From contig JANPCG010000006.1 in NCBI GenBank assembly GCA_031430855.1, positions 2,531 to 66,530 on the forward strand: a DNA stretch of 64,000 nt, given 5' to 3'. The position numbers and the translations under genes are program-made. The notes under the pieces were generated by a model, which worked only from the letters and a program-made list of their open reading frames with translations, was not told the origin of the DNA and ran no database searches. Shown here piece after piece: positions 37,449-46,646 of this stretch (positions within the stretch are counted from its first letter, which is position 1; each line of letters starts with the position of its first letter). The stretch is from Candidatus Kaiserbacteria bacterium. Its GTDB lineage: Bacteria; Patescibacteriota; Minisyncoccia; Phycocordibacterales; UBA918.

Positions 37449-37934
37449 ATGGACACAGACACTATTATCACTACTCTTAAAGAACTCATATACCTTTTTT
37501 CGGTATTCGGTTTTTTTCTTACCTTCGTTTTAGTTCGCGGCAGGCAAGCACTTATTAATCTCATCTTTGGGCTCTACTTCGCCCTCCTCATCTCAATTGA
37601 ATTTCCGTACTACGATGCAGTCCTAGCTTCAGCAGGAGGAGCGCATGGTACCGCCATCGCAAAGTTAATTATCTTCTTTATCTTTACGGTCCTCGCAACC
37701 ATTCTCGTAGCCCGGGTAATGCCTGACCCGTTCCGCGAAAAGAAATTTGAGAGTTTCTTTAAAAAAATTCTTCTGGCGCTTGCAGCGACCATCCTTATTA
37801 TGGTCTATAGCTTCCATGTATTACCCGTCACTGAATTCCTTACTCCTGGCACACCAATCCAATCTCTCTTTGCTCCCGCCCAAGTATTCTTCTGGTGGCT
37901 CCTCGCTCCGTTTGTTGTGTTGTGGCTTAATTAA
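37449..37934 (+). CDS. Multi-pass membrane protein
   Basis: 161 aa, about 5 hydrophobic segments. Confidence 0.75.
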   Translation: MDTDTIITTLKELIYLFSVFGFFLTFVLVRGRQALINLIFGLYFALLISIEFPYYDAVLASAGGAHGTAIAKLIIFFIFTVLATILVARVMPDPFREKKFESFFKKILLALAATILIMVYSFHVLPVTEFLTPGTPIQSLFAPAQVFFWWLLAPFVVLWLN

Positions 37935-37939
37935 AGATT

Positions 37940-37971
37940 AAGACCCCGAACTGCACGCAGTTCGGGGTCTT
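37940..37971. terminator. Bidirectional terminator between convergent genes
   Basis: aagaccccgaactgc-ac-gcagttcggggtctt. Confidence 0.75.
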
Positions 37972-37978
37972 GGTTTGC

Positions 37979-38620
37979 TTATGACTTGGGATGAGGTATC
38001 ATCGTACGCTCGAGCATCTCAGCAAACGTTTCGATCTGGTGTTCCTTACGAAATTTCTCCCAGACCGGTTCGAAGGTGGCGCGGGTAATCGACAAAGCAT
38101 GCCGACCGTACCGTTTCCCTTCAATCAGGTGACGACCGGGTAGAAATCCGTCGTACATATACCCGCACGCGAGACAGTAGCGCAGACTTCGTTCGTTGAA
38201 CTCAAGTACGAACGATTCAATCAGTTCAAGATTGAGCTGATTAAAGGCGTGATTCAAGAGAACAATCTTTGCCTTTCGTCCATACTGCTTACCCCAGTAG
38301 TTGGTATCAAACATCATCGACCCAGTAGTCGCAGTGCGGTTTTTATAGTCGATATTATGGATACCCATCGTACCGATGGTCGGACCCTCTGTCAGCACGA
38401 TCTTGAACACCTGGGCATCATCGCGCCGCTTGGCAAGCCCTTCAATCCATTCTACCTGCTGATGTAGTTGCTTCGGTTCAACCCGATCAAAGAGATGCCG
38501 CTGCGTAGGGTCATTCCAACCTGTATAGATCAGTGGGGCATCGCTCGGCTCAATCGGACAAAGATCACCACCAGGGAAGTGGAGGAAGGGTGCGAACGGG
38601 ACTTTAGTTTCGTCAGTCAT
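37979..38620 (-). CDS. RimJ/RimL-type GNAT N-acetyltransferase (SpeG-like)
   Basis: IGTMGIHNIDYKNRTATTG, YWGKQYG, AF.QLNL..I...V...NERS..Y...GY..G. Confidence 0.88.
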   Translation of the reverse strand: MTDETKVPFAPFLHFPGGDLCPIEPSDAPLIYTGWNDPTQRHLFDRVEPKQLHQQVEWIEGLAKRRDDAQVFKIVLTEGPTIGTMGIHNIDYKNRTATTGSMMFDTNYWGKQYGRKAKIVLLNHAFNQLNLELIESFVLEFNERSLRYCLACGYMYDGFLPGRHLIEGKRYGRHALSITRATFEPVWEKFRKEHQIETFAEMLERTMIPHPKS

Positions 38621-38659
38621 GGCTATATGCCTTTCATTTAAAGTACTTGCCGCGTCATC

Positions 38660-38851
38660 TAAAAACCCTATGGCTTCTAGGCAGCCATAGGGTTTTTATG
38701 AAGGGAGATAACGAGATTACGTTGATTTCATACAAATGCTATAGCTGTCCATAAGCGTCCCCGGGAGGACGATAGACGCATCAAAACCGGCCTTAGACGC
38801 CCATGGCGCTCGGCAGACTTCGGTATTTCGCATTTGATATGTGTATAACAT
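38660..38851 (-). promoter_or_regulatory. Candidate attenuator leader (uORF plus terminator) upstream of the GNAT
   Basis: Terminator aaaaaccctatggc...gccatagggttttt (38660..38698) 40 nt before the start codon; uORF 38851 or 38833 to 38717; TTGACA at 38882..38887. Confidence 0.55.
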
Positions 38852-38930
38852 ATGATTTATGTATACCACGGCATTATTTCGTGTCAAATATTGATTGCCA
38901 ACCGAGCTATTGGTCGCTAGACTAGAGACC

Positions 38931-40169
38931 ATGCGTGATCGACAAGTATTTGAAGAGACGGTACTCCAAAATGGAATGCGGGTTAATTACTATCAGACCG
39001 ACCAGGCGTTTGTGAACCTGACGGTATACATACCAATTGGAAGTACATACCACAAAGAAGGCCATCCCGCTGGCTTGCCACACTTCTACGAACACATGAC
39101 CTTTCACCGCTCTCTCTCGTTTCCAGAAAAAGACTCATTCTCGCAGTGGGTGAGTAGCAAAGGTGGGGAAGTGAACGCGATGACTCGTCCGTTTTGTACA
39201 ACGTATACGGTAGAGATACCTATATCGTTTGTTGCCGAAGCCTGGAATGGTCTTTACAATCTACTCTTTCACCCTCAGTTTTCAAGCGTGGACGTCACGA
39301 CCGAACGAACAATCGTCGCCAACGAACGCGACCAGCGGAAATGGTATCCGGGCGAAAGTGAAATCGGACACTACTTGAGTACCGAGTGGTTTGACGGCAG
39401 GATAACCGAGAAGGAGTATCTGTTTGGAAGTGACACTGATCTCTCTGCTATTACCCCAGAGATACTAGTCGAATTTACTAAAAATTACTCATCACACGAA
39501 CTACGGGTATTTGTAACCGGGCCAGATAACTATTCTTTTATAGCAACTTCGTTAGAAAATATCAGACCGAACGAACATCGTCACGACCAGCATCAGATCC
39601 GGCCAATTTGGAAACAGCCGATATTTCATTCGCGTGAATTTGTCGACATTGATAAACCAGTGTATTTCTTGGGTTCAATTTATCAACTACCAACCAATCA
39701 GGAACGAGCGGCGATACATTTTATATTAGAGTACCTGACTGATTTTTCGACCGGACCACTACACCTCTGGCTTCGGCACGACCTCGGATGGACCTACGGC
39801 ATCAGCTACGAGCGTGTGATTCAAAAATCACATGAAATAATTATTATGGAAATCCCACTACAATCTGTCGAGCAAGTCGCCACGGTGCGAAGTGAGATTT
39901 TTAATCGAATGGAATCAGCCCTCACCGACAGAGGAGTTCTCGAAAGGGAACTTGAACGACAACTTGGAAGGCGCGTCTTCTTCTACCAAAAAACGAGCTA
40001 CGTTGTAGATGATGCGATTAATGACCTCACAAATTACGACAGCGTCATAAGCGAAACCGAATACGTGTCCTTTCTTAAACTCTGTGCCGACCCCGCGTAC
40101 CTAACCGGAATCTATCACAAGTTTTTTAACCCAGAATTAAGAGGAGAGTTCTGCGCCCTCCCGAAGTAG
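38931..40169 (+). CDS. Peptidase M16 (insulinase) family protein
   Basis: GLPHFYEHM (HxxEH), GGEVNA.T, LRH.LGWTYG; start uncertain (38895 or 38931). Confidence 0.9.
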   Translation: MRDRQVFEETVLQNGMRVNYYQTDQAFVNLTVYIPIGSTYHKEGHPAGLPHFYEHMTFHRSLSFPEKDSFSQWVSSKGGEVNAMTRPFCTTYTVEIPISFVAEAWNGLYNLLFHPQFSSVDVTTERTIVANERDQRKWYPGESEIGHYLSTEWFDGRITEKEYLFGSDTDLSAITPEILVEFTKNYSSHELRVFVTGPDNYSFIATSLENIRPNEHRHDQHQIRPIWKQPIFHSREFVDIDKPVYFLGSIYQLPTNQERAAIHFILEYLTDFSTGPLHLWLRHDLGWTYGISYERVIQKSHEIIIMEIPLQSVEQVATVRSEIFNRMESALTDRGVLERELERQLGRRVFFYQKTSYVVDDAINDLTNYDSVISETEYVSFLKLCADPAYLTGIYHKFFNPELRGEFCALPK

Positions 40170-40486
40170 TAAACCATATCATATCTGGATATATTATTTG
40201 CATGAAAGGTGATATATATGCTAATTGGAATGCGTCCAATAGAAATCTTTGAGTTTGGGTCAATTCTTCAAAATTTATTACTCCTCCTAAGTAGACACAT
40301 TGTTTTTCAAGAAATAAGTCACACATTATTCAACCTAGTTACTAATTTTTACACAAAATGAATCAGTGCTGGATATCCCCAGTTTAGCATAGTGACTTGA
40401 CAAAAACGTATAATATGCTAATATATTAAACAAGGGAATTACTTCCCAAACGATACACATGTACATATAGAGGAGGCGACGGACGG

Positions 40487-41143
40487 ATGAGAATTGTAGC
40501 TATTCAAAAAAACCAGAGTATTACCCGATCTGTTGGGGCAGTACTTGGGTACAGCGGCGCCGTAACAAGTGCTACCGCGTACACATGGTACGCTATCTAC
40601 CTGATGCAAGGTGAGGCTGATACCAACGTAATCACATGGACCCTTTGGGCACTCGAATCTGTCCTAAGCTTCTTCATTTACAGGAGGCAGACCGGAAACG
40701 ATTTTGCCAGCTATCTTGAAGAGGCAGTCGCATCGTTGGGATGTATTTCAATCACCCTACTGATGACTTTTCGAGCCATTTGGTTTGATGCGGACATATT
40801 TGGTCCGCTCGAGTGGATTGACGGAATTAGTGCCGTCCTGTTCTTGTGGGTGCTAAAGGTATATCGTCGCACAGAAAGAACTGGAGATGTTTGGCCTGCC
40901 ACCTTGTGGTTCCAAGTACTACTGGTTGTCAGTTCACTTCCACTGGTTCGGTCAACATGGGAAAACCCACACGGCGAACCGCTCTGGCCATGGGTGATAT
41001 GGTCAACGGGGTTTGCATTACAGCTTACCTGCGCATATCTCAGGAGAGAAGGGAAGAGTTTCCGCACTTTGCTTACACCTTTCAATTATTTCTTCTGGCA
41101 CGCAGCAGTTGGCGTGATAGTAATGACCTCGGGCGCCGCATAA
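40487..41143 (+). CDS. Multi-pass membrane protein, possibly PQ-loop/SemiSWEET-like
   Basis: About 7 TM; repeated TW.LW / P..EP.WPWVIW motifs; GAGGAGG SD; hairpin gggcgccgcat...atgcggcgccc at the stop. Confidence 0.7.
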   Translation: MRIVAIQKNQSITRSVGAVLGYSGAVTSATAYTWYAIYLMQGEADTNVITWTLWALESVLSFFIYRRQTGNDFASYLEEAVASLGCISITLLMTFRAIWFDADIFGPLEWIDGISAVLFLWVLKVYRRTERTGDVWPATLWFQVLLVVSSLPLVRSTWENPHGEPLWPWVIWSTGFALQLTCAYLRREGKSFRTLLTPFNYFFWHAAVGVIVMTSGAA

Positions 41144-41213
41144 ATCATGCGGCGCCCACTTTTTTTATTCTAAATTTTACTTCAAAAAGTTAAAATAATT
41201 TTGCTTTTAAAAA

Positions 41214-42050
41214 CTAGTTATTTTGACTTGAAATCAATCTACTGTCAAAGGCACAAACACCATACGAAATTGCAGACATTGCCGTGGTAAATAAAAGATC
41301 AGAAATACCTCCAGGTACAAAGGTTTCTAGGGTTGTTTGATACGAAAACGAGAAATCAGCAAAATAGTTAAAAATAAAACCAGCCAACAACACATATATA
41401 GCTAGTCTAAACTTACCGCCAAAATATTTAAATGATAAACCGTAAATGATAGTAGCGAGTGTCAGTATCACAACATCACCAATCGGATAGGCTAAATCAA
41501 AAAATATTTTTATAGAATCTTCTGAAGAGCTGATTACTCCGTCTCGAGCAACTACTACAAGTAAATAATACGAAAATGCGATTGCAATAATTGGTATAAC
41601 TAAAATCATTATTTTACTAGAAAAAGTATGGAGTGCAGTTTTAACACCAGTTGCACGTGATAAATACACCATACCAATTCCCCAAAGTGGCCAACTAACT
41701 ATAAAGGCAACATCAGCCAATGAAGGATAGGGCACTTCAACTCCCAACAATAAATTATAGTACCCAGCAAAAATTAGTTCACCAACTCCCCAACTAATAA
41801 GACCTGCTGATAAAAATAAAACCGATCGACCAATCACACTTCGTAACCCACCCCATCTCTTTGCTTGGAACAACCCATACAATCCTGCGGCAAGGGGTAT
41901 CAACCCTTCTAGTACTGTATATAAATAATTTGATAAAGTAACATTGTCGCCACTTTTATCTAACAAAAACCACCAAACTATTGAAAAAAAATATACAGCG
42001 ACTAATATTTTAGTTGCATTATTTGGTAAAAATGTGTGAGCGTAGTTCAT
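41214..42050 (-). CDS. Stand-alone ~8-TM protein resembling the membrane sensor modules of GGDEF/kinase proteins
   Basis: SWGVGELI..YY...VPYPSLADVAF, DLAYPIGDVV, ADFSFSY...F.PGG.SD; no cytoplasmic output domain. Confidence 0.75.
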   Translation of the reverse strand: MNYAHTFLPNNATKILVAVYFFSIVWWFLLDKSGDNVTLSNYLYTVLEGLIPLAAGLYGLFQAKRWGGLRSVIGRSVLFLSAGLISWGVGELIFAGYYNLLLGVEVPYPSLADVAFIVSWPLWGIGMVYLSRATGVKTALHTFSSKIMILVIPIIAIAFSYYLLVVVARDGVISSSEDSIKIFFDLAYPIGDVVILTLATIIYGLSFKYFGGKFRLAIYVLLAGFIFNYFADFSFSYQTTLETFVPGGISDLLFTTAMSAISYGVCAFDSRLISSQNN

Positions 42051-42069
42051 AAAAACTTCATAAATTGTA

Positions 42070-42846
42070 CTACTTTAGCTTAACTCGCGCAAACATAATA
42101 CTGACAAAACCTTCATTTTCACAGTCAGGAACACTATGAGTTTCAATTAAAATATCTTCAATATTATTATTTCCAGCAATAATTGCTTCCCTCAAGTCAA
42201 CTTCATTTACGTTTGCACAAGGAAAATACTTATCCCCAACACGATACATTTTACAATTCCGTAGTGCACTAACAAGCACCAAACCTTTCGGGGAAGCTAG
42301 GGAGAGTAAATTTTTTATATAATTTTTCCACTCAGACTTTGAGCTAGTGATCGATTCAGCACAAAATAGAGATGTAACTAAATCATAATCAGTACAAATA
42401 GTAGAAAGCGGTGACTCTTTAGTTATGTCGCCGAAGAGTGTTTGCGTAAGTTTTAGTTTCAAATCGTTAGATCTATTTATTACATTTTGTGGGGAAGGGA
42501 CTACACCTTCTTTAGAAAGGATGTACTTAGTACATTCATCCCAATTAAACGCATCGTTTTTATTATCAACCCATTTTGATATTTCTAAAAGGTTTTTCTC
42601 TAAATAATCAGAAACATGCAGTTCATTCACATAAGGAGCAACCGCGAGCGCACCAAATAGAGTTGGACCTGAACCAAATTCTAATGCCTTTTTGAATGGA
42701 GTTCCTTTATATGAGTTTAATGTTTCTACAATAAAATCGAGAGTTTTATAAGTATCACTTGCAGGAGAAGCGTAGTATGTACTTAAGTACCTACTTGCAT
42801 TCCAATCACCCCAACCAGAAATTTCATTAACTATTGTTTGACTCAT
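42070..42846 (-). CDS. NNMT/PNMT/TEMT-family SAM-dependent methyltransferase
   Basis: YLSTYY, LEFGSGPT, SDYLEKNL.EI.KW...AFNW...Y....EG and SLFCAES align by eye with human NNMT motifs (DIGSGPT, DY..QN..EL.KW..AFDW, STLCLD). Confidence 0.88.
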   Translation of the reverse strand: MSQTIVNEISGWGDWNASRYLSTYYASPASDTYKTLDFIVETLNSYKGTPFKKALEFGSGPTLFGALAVAPYVNELHVSDYLEKNLLEISKWVDNKNDAFNWDECTKYILSKEGVVPSPQNVINRSNDLKLKLTQTLFGDITKESPLSTICTDYDLVTSLFCAESITSSKSEWKNYIKNLLSLASPKGLVLVSALRNCKMYRVGDKYFPCANVNEVDLREAIIAGNNNIEDILIETHSVPDCENEGFVSIMFARVKLK

Positions 42847-43125
42847 GTAGATTTTATTATATCTGCACTAGATTTGTTTTGTTATAACCTGCCTAACCAT
42901 TAAATTCTAGTGCTTTAAAACGAACAACTAATTTAACTAGTACGGAATTGTTTTTAACCCTAGACTAATTAAATTTTAATGTTGCTCAACAAATTAATAA
43001 ATATTACAATAATATACGCTGAATTTTAAAATTGTCAATAGCATACTCAAGATAGACAAAAAACGTACAACGTTATATTCTTTTCAAAATTATGATAGTA
43101 TTAAAACAACTATCCTATTTTAGTC

Positions 43126-43419
43126 ATGAACACAAATCTTTTACAAGAATTGACCGTACGGATTATCCGTGAACAGGAGCTTGTAATTGGACCCTTGGCC
43201 TGGATTGAGGCTGCCAAAGTACCTGGACTTTTAGTAATTGATCAACGGGTAGGAACTATAATGTTTACTGAACAGGACAATGCAATCGTTATTAATAAAC
43301 TTGTCGCACAATACGAAAAACTCTTTGGTAGGGCTTCACATGAGGTATCTAAAGATGCAGTTAAAAGTTTAATTGCGAATGTACCGCTCGAGGAAATTCC
43401 AAGCAGCTTGCGTCCATAA
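43126..43419 (+). CDS. Small conserved protein upstream of a histidine kinase
   Basis: 97 aa, IIREQELVIGPLAW.EA.KVPGL...LVAQYEKLFGRAS; 11 nt before the kinase. Confidence 0.8.
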   Translation: MNTNLLQELTVRIIREQELVIGPLAWIEAAKVPGLLVIDQRVGTIMFTEQDNAIVINKLVAQYEKLFGRASHEVSKDAVKSLIANVPLEEIPSSLRP

Positions 43420-43430
43420 CATTTGCCACC

Positions 43431-44744
43431 ATGACTCCAGAAGAACAACTCCGCCTCACAAATGAGACACTGTATAAACATAGTCATGAACTTGCAGTAA
43501 AGAACAAGGTATTGTCATTCCTCGGGAGACTTTACGAAATTAGTACATTAACACTCACTCAAAAACAACTTGCCGAACAAGTAGCTGTTGCACTACAGGC
43601 TGAGTTTGACTTTGAAATGGTAGGCATCTACCAATTTTTTAAGGAAACTGATGATTTAGTACCTTTATCAGTAGTTTTATCAGAACGAATTCGCGATATA
43701 TCACAAAATCAGTTCGACATCTTACATTTTTCAAATGTATCTCAATACAATTTTTTACATTCGGTGATTTCAAAAGAAATCATGCATTATTCTGAAAAGT
43801 TAAGTGACGTCTGGAATCATCCTGAATTGCAAGAAATCTGTTCTAAAATTGAAACTGAAAAGTATATTAGGTCTTCACTTGGATACCCACTTATTATTGG
43901 ACATGAAGTGATTGGGGTTGTACTTATTAGCTTAAATAGAACATATAAAGATCTCATTGATTATGAACGTGATTCAATGCTCAATTTTATGAACGTGATT
44001 TCAATCACGCTCAACCGTGTGACTCTTTATGAAGAACTTGAGCTTGCAAATAAACGACAAGAAAATCTTATTCACTTTATTACTCACGAAGTTAAGGGTT
44101 ATCTTACAAAAAGCCAAGCTGTTTTTGCTGCAATTTCTGAAGGTGATTTTAAGGGTGTTCCAGATAACCTGATGAACTTAGCTGTGAGAGCATTGGCTGA
44201 AACGCGAAATGGTGTAGAAACTGTTACCAACATCCTAGAAGCTTCTAACCTCAAGAAGGGGACAACTCAATACACACAAAATTCTTTTGATTTTAAAAAA
44301 CTTATTGATGAAGCAATAGAAAGTTTTCAACCAGCAGCCACAGAAAAAGGGCTGGTGATCACAGGAGATACTACTAATGAATCATATCCATTTTTAGGTG
44401 ACGAAAAGAAGATATCGCGTCATCTTATACGAAACTTAATTGATAACGCTATTCGTTATACACCAAATGGATCAATTTCTATATCCTTACGTAAAACAGA
44501 TTCAAGTTATCTTTTTACCGTACAAGATACAGGCGTGGGAATAGACGAAGAGGATATAGGGAGGCTTTTTGTTGAAGGAGGAAGAGCGAAGGATTCAATA
44601 AAAGTGAACGTTGATTCAACTGGCTATGGGCTTTTTATTGCAAAAATGATTGTTGAGGCACATCATGGAAATATCTGGGTAGAATCAGAAGGACGTGGAC
44701 ATGGATCCACATTCACTGTTACTTTTCCACAACCCAAAGGATAG
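43431..44744 (+). CDS. Cytoplasmic GAF-domain sensor histidine kinase
   Basis: GAF (SSLGYPL..G.EVIGVV), H-box THEVKGYL, NLIDNAIRYT, DTGVGI, GYGL; no TM. Confidence 0.92.
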   Translation: MTPEEQLRLTNETLYKHSHELAVKNKVLSFLGRLYEISTLTLTQKQLAEQVAVALQAEFDFEMVGIYQFFKETDDLVPLSVVLSERIRDISQNQFDILHFSNVSQYNFLHSVISKEIMHYSEKLSDVWNHPELQEICSKIETEKYIRSSLGYPLIIGHEVIGVVLISLNRTYKDLIDYERDSMLNFMNVISITLNRVTLYEELELANKRQENLIHFITHEVKGYLTKSQAVFAAISEGDFKGVPDNLMNLAVRALAETRNGVETVTNILEASNLKKGTTQYTQNSFDFKKLIDEAIESFQPAATEKGLVITGDTTNESYPFLGDEKKISRHLIRNLIDNAIRYTPNGSISISLRKTDSSYLFTVQDTGVGIDEEDIGRLFVEGGRAKDSIKVNVDSTGYGLFIAKMIVEAHHGNIWVESEGRGHGSTFTVTFPQPKG

Positions 44745-44766
44745 CTTTCCTTGCTACAATAGAGAC

Positions 44767-44919
44767 ATGAACAATAGTACTCAGGCGATGTTTGTAAGAA
44801 TCTTTTTAGCTATTAGTATTCTCTGGTCAGTATGGATGATGTACTACACTCATATCATCCAACAGGATTATGAAATTTTGCAAAATCCTGATGGCATCCC
44901 GACGTTCTCTGAAGAATAA
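44767..44919 (+). CDS. 50-aa single-TM microprotein preceding the 7TM kinase
   Basis: MNNSTQAMFVRIFLAISILWSVWMMYY...; TGcTACAAT 6 nt upstream; 11 nt gap to the next gene. Confidence 0.6.
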   Translation: MNNSTQAMFVRIFLAISILWSVWMMYYTHIIQQDYEILQNPDGIPTFSEE

Positions 44920-44930
44920 ACATCTCGTAT

Positions 44931-46607
44931 ATGCCAAACATTGTTGATCCTTTAATTTGTAACTGGAGTGCCGCTGAGTACTATATTATTTCTGAGAACT
45001 TGCTCGGTAATTTCCTCTACTATTCACACCTCTTTCCCTCAATTTCTGGACTGATTATTGCCATTTTTGTATTGAAATCTAATTACCGCAATAAGGCGGC
45101 ACAGGCGCTGTTGTTTACCACCACCATGTTCAGTATCTGGTGTTACATGGCCTTAATTACCTGGGCCTCGGAACGCTCGGACGTCATCATGTTCGTCTGG
45201 TCTGCCATGATGTACCCTGAACTCTTGATGTACGTGGGTGCCTTCTATTTCGTCTACGCTTATTTCAGAAATTCTTTCCCAGGAGCGAAAATTGAGATGA
45301 TGATTTTCTTGATGTTTTCTCCACTCATTATTTATGGACATACTAAACTCAACCTGATTAATTTTGATTTCACCAACTGTGAACGCAATGCGACGGAGGG
45401 TCCCTTGTGGCAATACTATGTGTACGGATTTGAATTCCTCTTTATCGCAATTATTTTATGGCTCACCATTACTGAAATTCACAAGAAAAACCACATTGCA
45501 CGCGAAGCTTCTATCGTAGCTACTGGTATCCTCTCGTTCTTATTGTTGTTCTCGTGGCAGAATATTGTAGGAAGTTTCTTTGATAATTGGAAGATTGGTC
45601 AAATTGGGCTCTTTGGTATGCCAATCTTTGTAGCTCTTTTGGGGTACATCCTCGTTCGCTACCAAACGTTCCGCGTAAAGCTTTTGGCGACAGAGGCCTT
45701 GATGGCAGGGCAGTTGATTCTCCTAATTTCGTTGCTGTTTGTTCGAACCATTGAAAATGCGCAGATCATTGCGATTATTACCATTCTCTTCTTCTCAGTC
45801 CTTGGAGTACTTTTGGTCATGAGTGTACGGAAAGAGGTCGAGCAACGTCAACAGATTCAAAAATTAGCGACTAATCTCAAGAACACAAATGAGCAGCTTA
45901 AAATTGTTGATCGGCAGAAGTCAGAATTTGTCTCGATTGCCTCACACCAATTACGTAGTCCTCTCACGGCTATTCGGGGATACACCTCAATGATGCTTGA
46001 TGGAAACTTTGGTACCACTCCCGAAGCAATGCGCGAACCAATTGGCCGCATTCACGAGTCAGCCAAGCTAATGGCGCTCTCGATTGAAGACTTCCTCAAC
46101 GTTTCTCGAATCGAATCAGGTAATATCAAATACGACAAAGTTGATTTTAATCTCAGAGATCAGGCGGAACATATCGTAGACGATTTGCGCCCTGAAGCGA
46201 TCCATAACGGCATCATGATGGTATTCAGGAGCAATCTCACGAGTAACGGTGTGGTAAACGCAGATGTCGGAAAGACTCAGCAAATTCTCCATAATCTGAT
46301 TAATAACGCTTTGAAGTACACCAAACAGGGGAGTATCACCATATTCGTACATGAGGACCTTAAGCTCAAGAAGTTATACGTTGAAATTATTGATACTGGT
46401 ATCGGTATGAGTGCCGAAACTATCAGCGGATTGTTCCAGAAATTTGCCCGCGCCAAGAACGCGAACAGTATCAACATAACCGGAACCGGACTCGGATTAT
46501 TTGTGGCCAAAGAAATGGCAGTAGCAATGGCTGGTGATATCAGTGCCTTCTCAGAAGGAGAAGGTCATGGTTCCCACTTTGTACTCACTCTTCCATTGGT
46601 GAACTAA
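44931..46607 (+). CDS. Multi-TM (HisKA_7TM-like) sensor histidine kinase
   Basis: About 9 TM segments, H-box SHQLRSPL, NLINNALKYT, DTGIGM, GTGLGL. Confidence 0.93.
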   Translation: MPNIVDPLICNWSAAEYYIISENLLGNFLYYSHLFPSISGLIIAIFVLKSNYRNKAAQALLFTTTMFSIWCYMALITWASERSDVIMFVWSAMMYPELLMYVGAFYFVYAYFRNSFPGAKIEMMIFLMFSPLIIYGHTKLNLINFDFTNCERNATEGPLWQYYVYGFEFLFIAIILWLTITEIHKKNHIAREASIVATGILSFLLLFSWQNIVGSFFDNWKIGQIGLFGMPIFVALLGYILVRYQTFRVKLLATEALMAGQLILLISLLFVRTIENAQIIAIITILFFSVLGVLLVMSVRKEVEQRQQIQKLATNLKNTNEQLKIVDRQKSEFVSIASHQLRSPLTAIRGYTSMMLDGNFGTTPEAMREPIGRIHESAKLMALSIEDFLNVSRIESGNIKYDKVDFNLRDQAEHIVDDLRPEAIHNGIMMVFRSNLTSNGVVNADVGKTQQILHNLINNALKYTKQGSITIFVHEDLKLKKLYVEIIDTGIGMSAETISGLFQKFARAKNANSINITGTGLGLFVAKEMAVAMAGDISAFSEGEGHGSHFVLTLPLVN

Positions 46608-46646
46608 AATAGCATGAAGAGGCATAATTTGGTAGTATATCAATCT

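Noticed and set aside
38740-38775. Guanidine-I (ykkC) riboswitch suggested by cccgggagg
   Set aside because: The motif is on the wrong strand relative to the GNAT, and the other conserved elements are missing.
40126-40326. 66-aa minus-strand ORF after the M16 peptidase
   Set aside because: No SD or motif and overlaps the convergent gene; cannot be supported.
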